A stretch of DNA of 64,000 nucleotides from Antedon mediterranea. Its lineage: Eukaryota; Animalia; Echinodermata. The DNA lies in the NCBI RefSeq assembly GCF_964355755.1, contig NC_092676.1, forward strand, positions 30,026,871-30,090,870, given 5' to 3'. Under the pieces are notes generated by a model. It was not told where the DNA came from and searched no databases. It saw only the letters and a list, made by a program, of their open reading frames with translations. Of this stretch, positions 27,001 to 39,000 are shown piece by piece; the first letter of the stretch is position 1, and each line of letters starts with the position of its first letter. The position numbers were made by a program, and so were the translations under genes.

Positions 27001-30000
27001 ACACTTTCAACAGATGGCTTGTAATATGTCAAACAGTACTATGAATAACAACGGTACAGCATTTAACCATTCATCCTCCTTTCCCTGGAATTGCACAGTT
27101 CATCGAACAGAGGCAGACTTATGTCACGAGTTCTCCACCAGTTTCTGTGAAAATGCACTATTTACTGAGTGCAGTTATTCTGGGGTTCCTCATCATCACA
27201 ACGAAAGTGAGAGTATGAATGTTACAAAACTTCATCTTGACGATTATATCGGCAACTGGAGTTGTGCTTGTTTAAAAGAAACTGAAGAAGGTAATCTAAT
27301 TTTGTTTCATTTAGATTTAAACCCAGGGGCACAGAGCATGAGCAATATAATGTAACTACCCAGTAAGGCCTCTTAGGAGTGCTAAACCAGGGGCCTTAAT
27401 TGCCCCATGTTTTAAGCCACTGTTATTAGTAATCTGATATTGATGATGATTCATGGTATATTAATTCACTCAACAATTAAAATCATACACGACTGACAAT
27501 CATTATGTAATAATTATTTCCAATCAATTCTTAATCTTGAAGTAGTCATGTCTCGGGACTATTCTATAGCCACCACGGATAGACTTTCTTCATCACATGC
27601 TTCTATGAATGGATGACTTTTGGGTGCAGGAACTCTAGTCAATCAAACTCAGTACCATTTTGATTTCATGATCATTAAAAAAATTTCCTCATCTAATTAT
27701 TTCTAATAAATTCTTAATCTAGAGATTCAAGATGTAAAAGATCCATTTGAAGGTTTAAATTTAACAGCCATATTGGAAGGACACTACAACGCATCCAAGA
27801 AGCCATATCAGGTTTGCTCCTCATTACTTGCCAACAAATCGTTGCTAGCAAAACCCATCAAGCCTTCTGATGAACAACCTTACCAGAATCTATCGTCATC
27901 AGATCATCAGAATCTAACAGAAGATGAAGGATTTTATCCGATTCCAGATTTCTGCTTTGAAGAAACTATTATTGAGCTAGGAATGGCAAAGGTTGTTAAT
28001 ACTTCAATTGTAACAACAAGAGAGGGAGTTATTTGCACTTTTACAGGTGGAAATAATCACAATCCTCACCAACCAGGTGAGAATAAGTCTGTTAACTTAA
28101 TTCAAACCACTTTATATTAAGTTCTGTGGAATACTAAATGCATACCTTAAATGTGTTTCTATGTAATACCCATAACTAAGCACCTGAATGTCTAGGTACT
28201 CCTCATGAAACCGCCTGTAGTGCATTATAACGTTCAAGTTATATTACAACCTTTGACTATTTCTACCTAAAATTTTTATAGCTGCTTTTTCTTGAATTTT
28301 TCGTTAAAATATAAATCTTTTATATTTGTAGGTGTTAAATATAAGGCTATGAACCTACCAGGCTTTGGGTTAGGAGGCGATTCGGTATCAGTATATGTTA
28401 CCATGGTGATATCTGACGAGGTAGAGAATGTCCGAGATGAGACTCTGTTTATCAATGCTTCATCTACTTTCATGTACTTGAACATACCAATACCGCCACC
28501 ATTGAGGTACGAAGAAAACTGCACATGCTCAAAGCCGCTTACACACTATTTTGACGTTGACTACCCACTTGACTGTGGATGTGAGTCGATGTATCTCGTA
28601 GGTCATAAACGCGACCTTTGTAACTGTACAACAACATTTCACGAAATCGAAGAGTCATATTTTAGTGCGCCCTCATGTGATTGCGTTAATTTCTGCGAGA
28701 ATAATGTACAATACTTCTTCAATCAACCAATGGTTAAGAACCTGGCAGACTTTGATAATGCAACATGTGATTGTGGATCGTATAAGGACTTTTCAAATTC
28801 ACAGAATAACTTTGATTATTTATCAGAATGTCGAGAGATGTATTTTAGAAATTACACTTGTCAAAATGTCAATCATACTGTTAAGAAAACTGTGGAGGAA
28901 TGTCGGAATATTACAAGCAAGAACTGCTTAGAGGTCAATGAACTACAAGATATAAATGTTGCCTGGTTGTGTCAATGCTCATCTGACGGTCTAAACTGTT
29001 CCTGTGAATTTGACAGTTTTCCGTTGTCACCAAACTTTGCAAATTACTCCATTGTTGAATGCCAGAATATGCCATGGGTTAAAACCAATGACGGTTATAA
29101 CGGTGACATTTCATTGTGTGATTGTCACATTACAAATGGGTCTCCTGCAAAATCTTGTCACTGTTCTGGAGTTTGTTCAATACATATTACAAATTCATGT
29201 ACTGCATACAATCACACATTTTGTGAAGATGTCACACATTTAAGAGAATATCTCGTTAATGATGGACTCTGTATTTGTGAAAAATTCTATGGGTCAAATC
29301 ATACCATTCAAGACGCTTTAAGATTATATAAATACCATAATAATACCAAAATAATTTTGAAAAATCAAACCATGAACGGCATTGAAGATAGTCAGTTTAA
29401 AAATGGAACGTTTTTAAATGTCACAATGTCAAATTCCACAGCTACTAATGCCAATGAAACCACTCAAGTTTTGTATAAAGATCAATTGAGCTTGGATGAC
29501 TTTGTCTTGTACTGTAATTGTTCAGATGTAGATATAATCATTCCAGATATCAAACCAGTACAATGTAAAGAGATCGCACCAAAAGAAGTCTTTGTCTGCC
29601 AGTGCTTCGTGCCGGCAGATAACGAAACTCAACTAATTTTAGACAATTGGGATTATAACTTGACAATTGTTGACGAAGCTGTAACTTACCTTGGCGACGA
29701 GTTTGTTGTTATTGAACCCGAGTTAGAGATATCATTTGTACGTATTGAACCGAATCCGGTTGATATCGTTGATAGTTTAGACTTTGTGAAGTTTGGATAT
29801 AAGATCCAGCACACTGATTCATCCAATTCACCAGCGTACAACTTGACCCTATTCCTTGATGCTGTTAACTTTACCATTACAAACGGCAGCGGTAAAGTCT
29901 TACCGACTGATATTTTATCCAGCCGTTCCTGCTCCGATGAAACTCTTTGCGAAATCTCTTACGATAATGAGGTCGGACATTTCCATTTAGGATTTCTTCC

Positions 30001-33000
30001 AGTAGATGTAGACGGTGCTTCCTTTGAAGGCACGTTCTCTTTAGCTCTCCGAGATGATGTTGATTTCGTTGCCAACAGTATCATCAGCGGAACAGGAATC
30101 CTATGGTATGATAGCTGTGTTGTAGACTTTCCTGGTCGTCTGTATGGTCCAATCAATTCCTCAGACATCTGCCATATCTATGCACCAAACATCACTGCCA
30201 AACTAGAATTCACCACTGCGTATGCATATATGTATCAAAATGAAGAGTATGGCATACCAAACACTTTCTCCATTGGTGACTATGTTGACATTCGTGCACA
30301 TCTGTGGGTTCCTGAAATCACGTTAAATGTTGCTAATTACAGCATCAGTGGAGATAACATGTTCTCTTTCACACCAGTGATGGCGGTGATGTTGTTGACG
30401 GACAGGATCTACGTAAGAAATGACACTGCCACATTCTTTCTAGATCAGCGTCACAATCCGCATGATAATGAATTCCACATTCTCTATCCTGATGAACAGT
30501 ATGACACAGCGGAATTCACAGACAAGGGAATTGCGTTTATACCAGGTAAACAGATTATGAGTTTAATTTTAGAGTATATTAAGCTCTTTCTGCACACTAT
30601 CAAACTATTTTGACAAAGAAAAGTGTGATGTGCCCAAATAATATGCCCTAATAATATGGTAGTGGTGTGACATCAGACTTTGTTTCCTTGTACTAGTCCC
30701 ATATCCCTTTATAACGTTACACCATATAACTCTTTTAAACATTTATGACTGTTTTTGTTTTAGGTGTTCTAGTAAACCAAGCAGATAATATAGCATCACC
30801 TGAAGATTATCTCCTGTTAAAGTTCATATTTACTTTAAAAGATGACCCACTCTGGAAACAAGATGACATCATACCCTTCACAGTATCTGTTGTATACTAC
30901 AGTGATTATGACGGACAACTTTTGACATTGATTGACAAGAATGTTGAATTAAAGGTCGTTGAACCCAGACTGACACTTAGAGTTGAGGTAAAGTCTAATG
31001 TGCAGTTAAAAATGCTACTGAAGTTCATTATATACTGTGCCATCATCAAAAACATTCACCTACCTTTTTTGTGTTTTAAAATTTAAAAAAAAAAAAAAAT
31101 ACAGTGGCTTAAAAGCTATAAGCAATCACTATGGCTAAACCCAGAAACCCTAAAGGTTAAGTGCTCCCAGAGTATGAGCAGCCCAATGTAACTACCCAGC
31201 GTTTGGGGTCTTCTCCATGGCTGTTCTTAATCTTTACTATTTGACTTTCAGATTCTTGATTATAAGTGGCAGGTTGAACAAGTACAGAACACAACAGGTT
31301 ACACTTGTGTAGAGAACACTTGTTGTGAAGATGGTGAGCCTTGTGATACAGGCCGTGTGTGTGTTACAGACTCTTCTGATATGGACAATTGTGAGACTCA
31401 CAGGTACTCCTGCACCACATACTCCTAATACAATAATTTGTCTAAAGCTCTCTCTACACTATCAAACTTTATGTGACAAAAAATATATGGACACATTTGA
31501 TGTCATATCACTACCATATTTGTGCACATCACACTTTTTTTATCAAACTAGTTAGATAGTGTACATAGAGTTAAAATGTATTCTGCAAATATGTCTTGTT
31601 TAACCCTTTTGCATAAAAATGTATATCTGCTGTTTAAAAAAATATCAACACTATTCCATTCCAGGTGTTTATGCTATTCTGGATTTGCATTGAATGCTGA
31701 ATCCACCTGTACTGCTGTGGGACGTACTGCTGGTGATATACTCGTGTTTGGACTGACTGTATTTCACAGCCAAGAATATACTGGTTAGTAGGCCTAAATA
31801 GTGAATTGAATAGATTGCAAACGAATTCAGTTGATTTTAAATAAATATTTTCATTTCAGGTAATGCATTTGATCTTTACATAACGTTATACAGTGACCTC
31901 AAGTCTGACCTTCTACCAGATACTGACACAATGGGTCACATCCCTACAGATGGTTACCTTGGTAATGTAAGGAAACCACGATTAACACAAATAAGTGACC
32001 ACGAATTTCAACTTTATGTTCATCGTTTTGATCATGTAGTGAGCTGCGAACGTTTTACAGTGCCATTCAGGATTAAGCCTTCTTTACATGTGTTTGCAGG
32101 GCAAACTTGGGAAGTGGAGGTAAGATTTTTGGCACCAGTCTACCTATCTAAGCTTGTGCTTATTTACCAGCCTACTAGATCTCTTAGATCAGGTGGCTAA
32201 TGTCTGCTAGTAGACTAGTACATCTACTATGGTGGACAAGCTTTTGGTAGCAGCTCCAATGTGGAATTCCTTACCAATTTAAATCAGACAGTGTGCTACT
32301 TTAAACTTTTAGACCCAGTTGAAGTCTTTCTTTTTCAAGTTATTGCCATCTATTTTAATTTATGTACAGCGCATTGAGAGCTTGCTATATGCGCTACAAT
32401 ATATAAGAATGAACTATTATTTATAATAAGTTGTCTAGATTGTGAGGACCAACATTTACATGTAATGAAATATTCTTTTTTTTGTAGGCAACAATGAATT
32501 ACCGTTCTTCTAAGCCGTATGACACGCCATTCAACATTAAATCACGACTGTATGACATGAAAGACATGAATGATACAATCCGATTCCCATTATTCGCTCC
32601 AGCCCCAAGTGTTCGCTTCAAAATGTTACCATCAAGTGGTCAATCTAGCCCAATAAATTTTGAAGTTTTCTCTTCTTCTATGGCTCAAAATGAAGTCATG
32701 GTGAATGTACGAGAAGAAGATAAAATTGTGTTTCAGGCCGAAGTTGTTATACCAAAGATTAAGTGCAGTATGACTTTTAAATTAAATCTACCAGAAGGTA
32801 AAAGATTACTTGATTACTTCTTAAGTCTGGAACCATAATCCATATTTAAGACTACATTGATACATTAAGTATAATAAAGAAAATCAAATCAGTTCATTGA
32901 GTTCTTCATTTTTATCCATTTCTTAGGGAGTGGCATTACACTGGAAAATGTTACCATGGTTTCCATGGGTACTGCAATAGATTTTCCGGAAACTAATTTT

Positions 33001-36000
33001 GGTGAACCACAAGTGACAGAAAGCATTGATGGACAAAAGTTCTTTTTTGCCTATTTTCCTGATATACACAGTAAAGCAAACACATTGAATACTCCACGGG
33101 TAATGTTATTTTAATTTTTTTTTAAATATTTCTTTTCAAAATTTTCATTTTCAAAATATATATGTACTGTATATTCGGCAATAAGTGTTGACAAATTTTA
33201 CCCTTTTCTGTACTATATGCTGTAGTTTTTTTCCGAAAAATATGTTAAAAGTTGTTAATTTATATACTGATATCAAATATTACAAAACAAAAATTTGTGT
33301 TTTTAAGTCTTTAGATTCCACCAAGCAGCAAATGTTCAAGTCAATGAACGGAGAACAGCAGCCGTACCCAACAAACCCAGAATGCAATGCTCTCAATTCC
33401 AGTTTATACGAGCAGACAATTCTTCTAGGGTGTTACCATAATAAAATGTCTTACTTTGGCGGTTTTATAACAGACATGCACCCATCTTTACCTTTCTACA
33501 ATCTATCTCAAGTGATGACAAGGCAGTTGTGTTTGGATCATTGCAGGTAATGATTCTCATAGACTATATTTCCAACTTCTTCATTGTCATACTATCAACA
33601 ATTGATTATTGATTGACAGAACTATGAGGCCCACTAGCTAGCCTACTGTAAAGTAGTGGCTGCGTGTGTGACAGTGGCTGAACTAGTACACCGGGGTAAC
33701 CTCCTACTCGTCTTGAAAAATGTACTGGGTTCTTTAAAGTGCACATGAGTTAGATGTGTACACTGGACCTATGGTTTATAGTTCCTTATCCGAGAAGACT
33801 CTACTCTACCACCAGAACCATGGAGCGAGTGAGCCTCGAATGTGTTTTAATCTCTCTGCCAGGTCACTCGCTCAACATACATACATGCTATCAAGAATCT
33901 ACCAATAAAACTCCTTTTTCAATCAATAAAATCAATCAATCAATGTCTTGATGAACTTTCAAATCAGTAATAGTGTGTATTTATACTTCCTAGTGATAGA
34001 AGATATGATTATGCAGGCCTGCTGAAGGGTGCTATCTGTTTGTGTGGGACTGAAGAGCAATTCATGCAATACTATCAAAATAGAACATTTGAATTGAATG
34101 GCACTTTACATCATGCAACCCTTGATCATTGTAGTACACTCTGTACAGGTACATAAAGCTCTGTCTACACTACAACCCTTGATCATTGTAGTACACTCTG
34201 TACAGGTACATAAAGCTCTGTCTACACTACAACCCTTGATCATTGTAGTACACTCTGTACAGGTACATACAGCTCTGTCTACACTACAAACTAGTTTGAT
34301 GCAACCCTTGATCATTGTAGTACACTCTGTACAGGTACATAAATCTCTGTCTACACTACAACCCTTGATCATTGTAGTACACTCTGTACAGGTACATAAA
34401 GCTCTGTCTACACTACAACCCTTGATCATTGTAGTACACTCTGTACAGGTACATACAGCTCTGTCTACACTACAAACTAGTTTGATGCAACCCTTGATCA
34501 TTGTAGTACACTCTGTACAGGTACATAAAGCTCTGTCTACACTACAAACTAGTTTGATGCAACCCTTGATCATTGTAGTACACTCTGTACAGGTACATAA
34601 AGCTCTGTCTACACTACAAACTAGTTTGATGCAACCCTTGATCATTGTAGTACACTCTGTACAGGTACATAAAGCTCTGTCTACACTACAACCCTTGATC
34701 ATTGTAGTACACTCTGTACAGGTACATAAAGCTCTGTCTACACTACAACCCTTGATCATTGTAGTACACTCTGTACAGGTACATACAGCTCTGTCTACAC
34801 TACAAACTAGTTTGATGCAACCCTTGATCATTGTAGTACACTCTGTACAGGTACATAAAGCTCTGTCTACACTACAAACTAGTTTGATGCAACCCTTGAT
34901 CATTGTAGTACACTCTGTACAGGTACATAAAGCTCTGCCTACACTACAAACTAGTTTGATGCAACCCTTGATCATTGTAGTACACTCTGTACAGGTACAT
35001 AAAGCTCTGTCTACACTACAAACTAGTTTGATGCAACCCTTGATCATTGTAGTACACTCTGTACAGGTACATAAAGCTCTGTCTACACTACAAACTAGTT
35101 TGATGTGTCTACTGTATATATGAGCACATTGCATTTTTGTGTCATAAAAAGTTTAGTGTAGACAGAGCTTTAGACCAGGGAGTTGTAAAATTATTTTACA
35201 ACTCCCTGTTTAGAAATACTTAGTTTTATATGTTAATTTGACCAGGGAGTTGTAAAATTTTACCACTCCCTGATTTGACATCCTAGATTTTTTTCATGTT
35301 ATATATTTCAAAGTAAAAGTTTCTCTCTTTATTATTATTTTTTTTAAATTTCTTTTTTATAGTTCTATTATCAATTTATAATATTTTAGAGGACATAAAT
35401 ATTGATTGTTTTATTGAATTTCGTTCTTTTTTTAAAATGTATGTATCACTATGATACATTCTGTTTGGATTATCTTTTTACGTAACCAATTACATTGTGA
35501 ATGTGTGTGTCTTTTAGGTGAAAATGCCTCTTGTGGGTCGATGGAATTTGCTTTACTGTATGGTCCAATACCTGGATCTGTTCCTAAACAACAATGTGAC
35601 TGGTATTCAGGATTGTATGATGAAACTGAGGTATAGCAATTGTCTAATCTGTAAATTTGATTATATCATTATAACATAATATAACATTGATAACAGCACA
35701 GGTATTTAATTATATTAATATTCGATAAATTTAATTTTTAGGATGTGTTTGTGGTAGAATTCAGTTTATCAATTCATTCATTGGCTACTAAGGGTATAGA
35801 GGAATACCTACACTTACAAGTAACATACGATCATGGAGAAAACAAAACAAGCACACTTCTACCGTTAGCCCCCTATAAAATAGAGGTATGCACATTTATA
35901 CTTTCACTGAGGACGATCGAAGCATATTGATAGAATTTAACTTTTCAGAACTGCATACGTGGTGTACTGCATACGTGGTGTACTGCATACGTGGTGTACT

Positions 36001-39000
36001 GCATACGTGGTGTACTGCATACGTGGTGTACTGCATACGTGGTGTACTGCATACGTGGTGTACTGCAAACGTGGTGTACTACATACGTGGTGTACTGCAT
36101 ACGTGGTGTACTGCATACGTGGTGTACTGCAAACGTGATATTACATTTATATATATCTTGGTATCTTTATTTATATACACATAATAAAATGCATTTTTTG
36201 CATTTTTTACAATAAAATTACAACAATATTAAAATGACATAAAAAACTTAAAATTTATGTATTTATACTGTCTTTGATAGTGAAATTGTTTATGTTGATA
36301 GATCTGATTAGACTTGAACTTGAACTACATTCATAATAAAATGTCTTTATTTGTAGACTGGAATAGTTAAACTTTTGATGAATGTTTATGTATCTCCAAA
36401 AATGAGTGGCTATGTTCCAGGGTATGTTATTTTACATTATTAATACAAACATTTATAATGTGTTCTGCCTTCAATATACTGGAGGTATACAACAACATTA
36501 AAAAACACTTCTATTTTAAAGTACTATTTATTTTATAAAACAAAAACAAAAATTCCATTTTTTATTTTATTTTGAGACAAGTTTTTTACTTCGTAACCAA
36601 TGATGGCATTCCTTTCTCTTATTTAGCTTTTCTTGTTTTTGTATTGTATTACTGTTTCTTATTGTTTATTATTCTTGTATTATTTGTCTTACCATTATAG
36701 AATATAATATATATATATAGTTTAAAATTTTACCAAATAATATATTTTAATTTTTTCAGCGATTATTTAGAATATTATACAGAGGTTCGTCATGCTGCTC
36801 ATTCAACCGTGACTGCGAGGGATGTTTACATTTTGTGGATGTTGCCTAGTTACATAGAGTATGTAAATGTAACCAATCACCCATCACTACCATTTACATA
36901 TAGACACATTGAAGATGTTGAGAATGTTGAAACTGACCCTAGAGTTGGAATCAAGTTTTATGTAAGTGTAATAAAATTGAAAATAGAGCATGAATACAAA
37001 TTTATGTGTTACAAGAATGTATTTTGTACTGTATATATTTGTACTGTCTTTCTTTTCTATTGGACAAAGTTGCAGTAACTATAATATACTATGCCTTAAT
37101 AATACTACACTTATCTACTTTTGTTACTGAGAAGTTAGTTATCTTAAAAATGTTTCAATTAACTGTACCTTATTTTAATAAACTGCACAATTTGTCAATA
37201 AACTGTACAATTTTTCAATTAACTGTACAATTTTTCAATTAACTGTACAATTTTTCAATTAACTGTACAATGTTTCAATTAACTTACCTTCTTTTAATAA
37301 ACTGCACAATTTGTCAATAAACTGTACAATTTTATAATTCACACTACAATTTTTCAATTAACTGTACAATTTTTCAATTAACTGTACAATTTTTCAATTA
37401 ACTGTACAATTTTGAAATTTTTTGAAAATTTAAAAATGTTTAAGTAACTGTACACTTTTTCAATTAACTGTACAATGTTTCAATTTTAACTGTGTTGTAT
37501 ATTCCTCTTCAGTTAAAATTAATCTAATTTGTTTTTGTGACAGGTGAAAACCTTATTCCATGATGACGTGATAGGCTTTCACTTTATGGTGAGACTGGAC
37601 CCACTTCACACCCTTCCACAGGGAGAGTACCATTTGATGTCAATGACACAGGTGTATTATGACTCTTGGGGGATACACAACCATTTTGAGGAAGACTACA
37701 CGTTTGATGTTGTACCCCATGCTCATCCTGTTGTACCTATTAAAATTACATTTGAAGGTAAATTCATTCCATGTCTTTAAGTTGAAAGGGAGCTTGTTTA
37801 GATAAGTTAACATTTGCTGTTGGAACAATCAATAATGTGTTATTTTGGTTCTATTATAGTTCCATCTAAGTATTCAGGACGTGAACAATTGGATGGTGAG
37901 AAAGATTTTTTTATAAATTTCTTGTTTGTTATAGGATATTACATATATACAGTTTTCTTGTTGAATATATTTTTTTTTTTTTTTTTACAGATATTAAATT
38001 ATCAACCTATAATGTTCTGTATGATGAGATTAACAACATTGTGTATGCTTGTTTCTTCAACAATACCATTAATGTGTAAGTTGATCTATATTAATTGAAA
38101 TGTAATCTAATTCAGAAATTTAATGTGCTATACTACTTTGCTTTAATACAATAATACAGTTATACTTATGCTATAGTATAATAATACAGTTATGCTATAG
38201 TATAATAATACAGCTATGCTATAGTATAATAATACAGTTATGCTATAGTATAATAATACAGTTAAGCTATAGTATAATAATACAGTTATGCTATAGTATA
38301 ATAATACAGTTATGCTATAGTATAATAATAAAGCTATGCTATAGTATAATAATACAGTTATGCTATAGTATAATAATACAGCTATGCTATAGTATAATAA
38401 TACAGTTATGCTATAGTATAATAATACAGCTATGCTATAGTATAATAATACAGTTATGCTATAGTATAATAATACAGCTATGCTATAGTATAATAATACA
38501 GTTATGCTATAGTATAATAATACAGTTAAGCTATAGTATAATAATACAGCTATGCTATAGTATAATAATACAGTTATGCTATAGTATAATAATACAGCTA
38601 TGCTATAGTATAATAATACAGCTATGCTATAGTATAATAATACAGCTATGCTATAGTATAATAATACAGTTATGCTATAGTATAATAATACAGTTATGCT
38701 ATAGTATAATAATACAGTTATGCTATAGTATAATAATACAGTTATGCTATAGTATAATAATACAGTTATGCTATAGTATAATAATACAGTTATGCTATAG
38801 TATAATAATACAGCTATGCTATAGTATAATAATACAGCTATGCTATAGTATAATAATACAGCTATGCTATAGTATAATAATACAGTTATGCTATAGTATA
38901 ATAATACAGCTATGCTATAGTATAATAATACAGTTATGCTATATTACTGCTAAAGCTATGCTAAAAAACTTATAGTTTTTTTTTTCAGTTATAAAGGTGG

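Larger units (their letters stand above)
33420..35565 (+). other. WSC domain of the giant protein, split over three exons
   Basis: LGCY...MTRQLCLDHCS..YDYAGLLKGAICLCG...CSTLCTG...CG...ALLY matches the WSC Cys/Gly pattern. Confidence 0.8.

Noticed and set aside
34098-35134. 341/342-aa ORFs on both strands, the minus one Cys-rich and metallothionein-like
   Set aside because: By-product of 57/72-bp units being multiples of 3; the unit is explained by exon end + MITE TIR.
35888-36215. Cys/His-rich ORFs (VLHTWCTAYVVYCIRG)n
   Set aside because: Translation of a 16-bp intronic tandem repeat.
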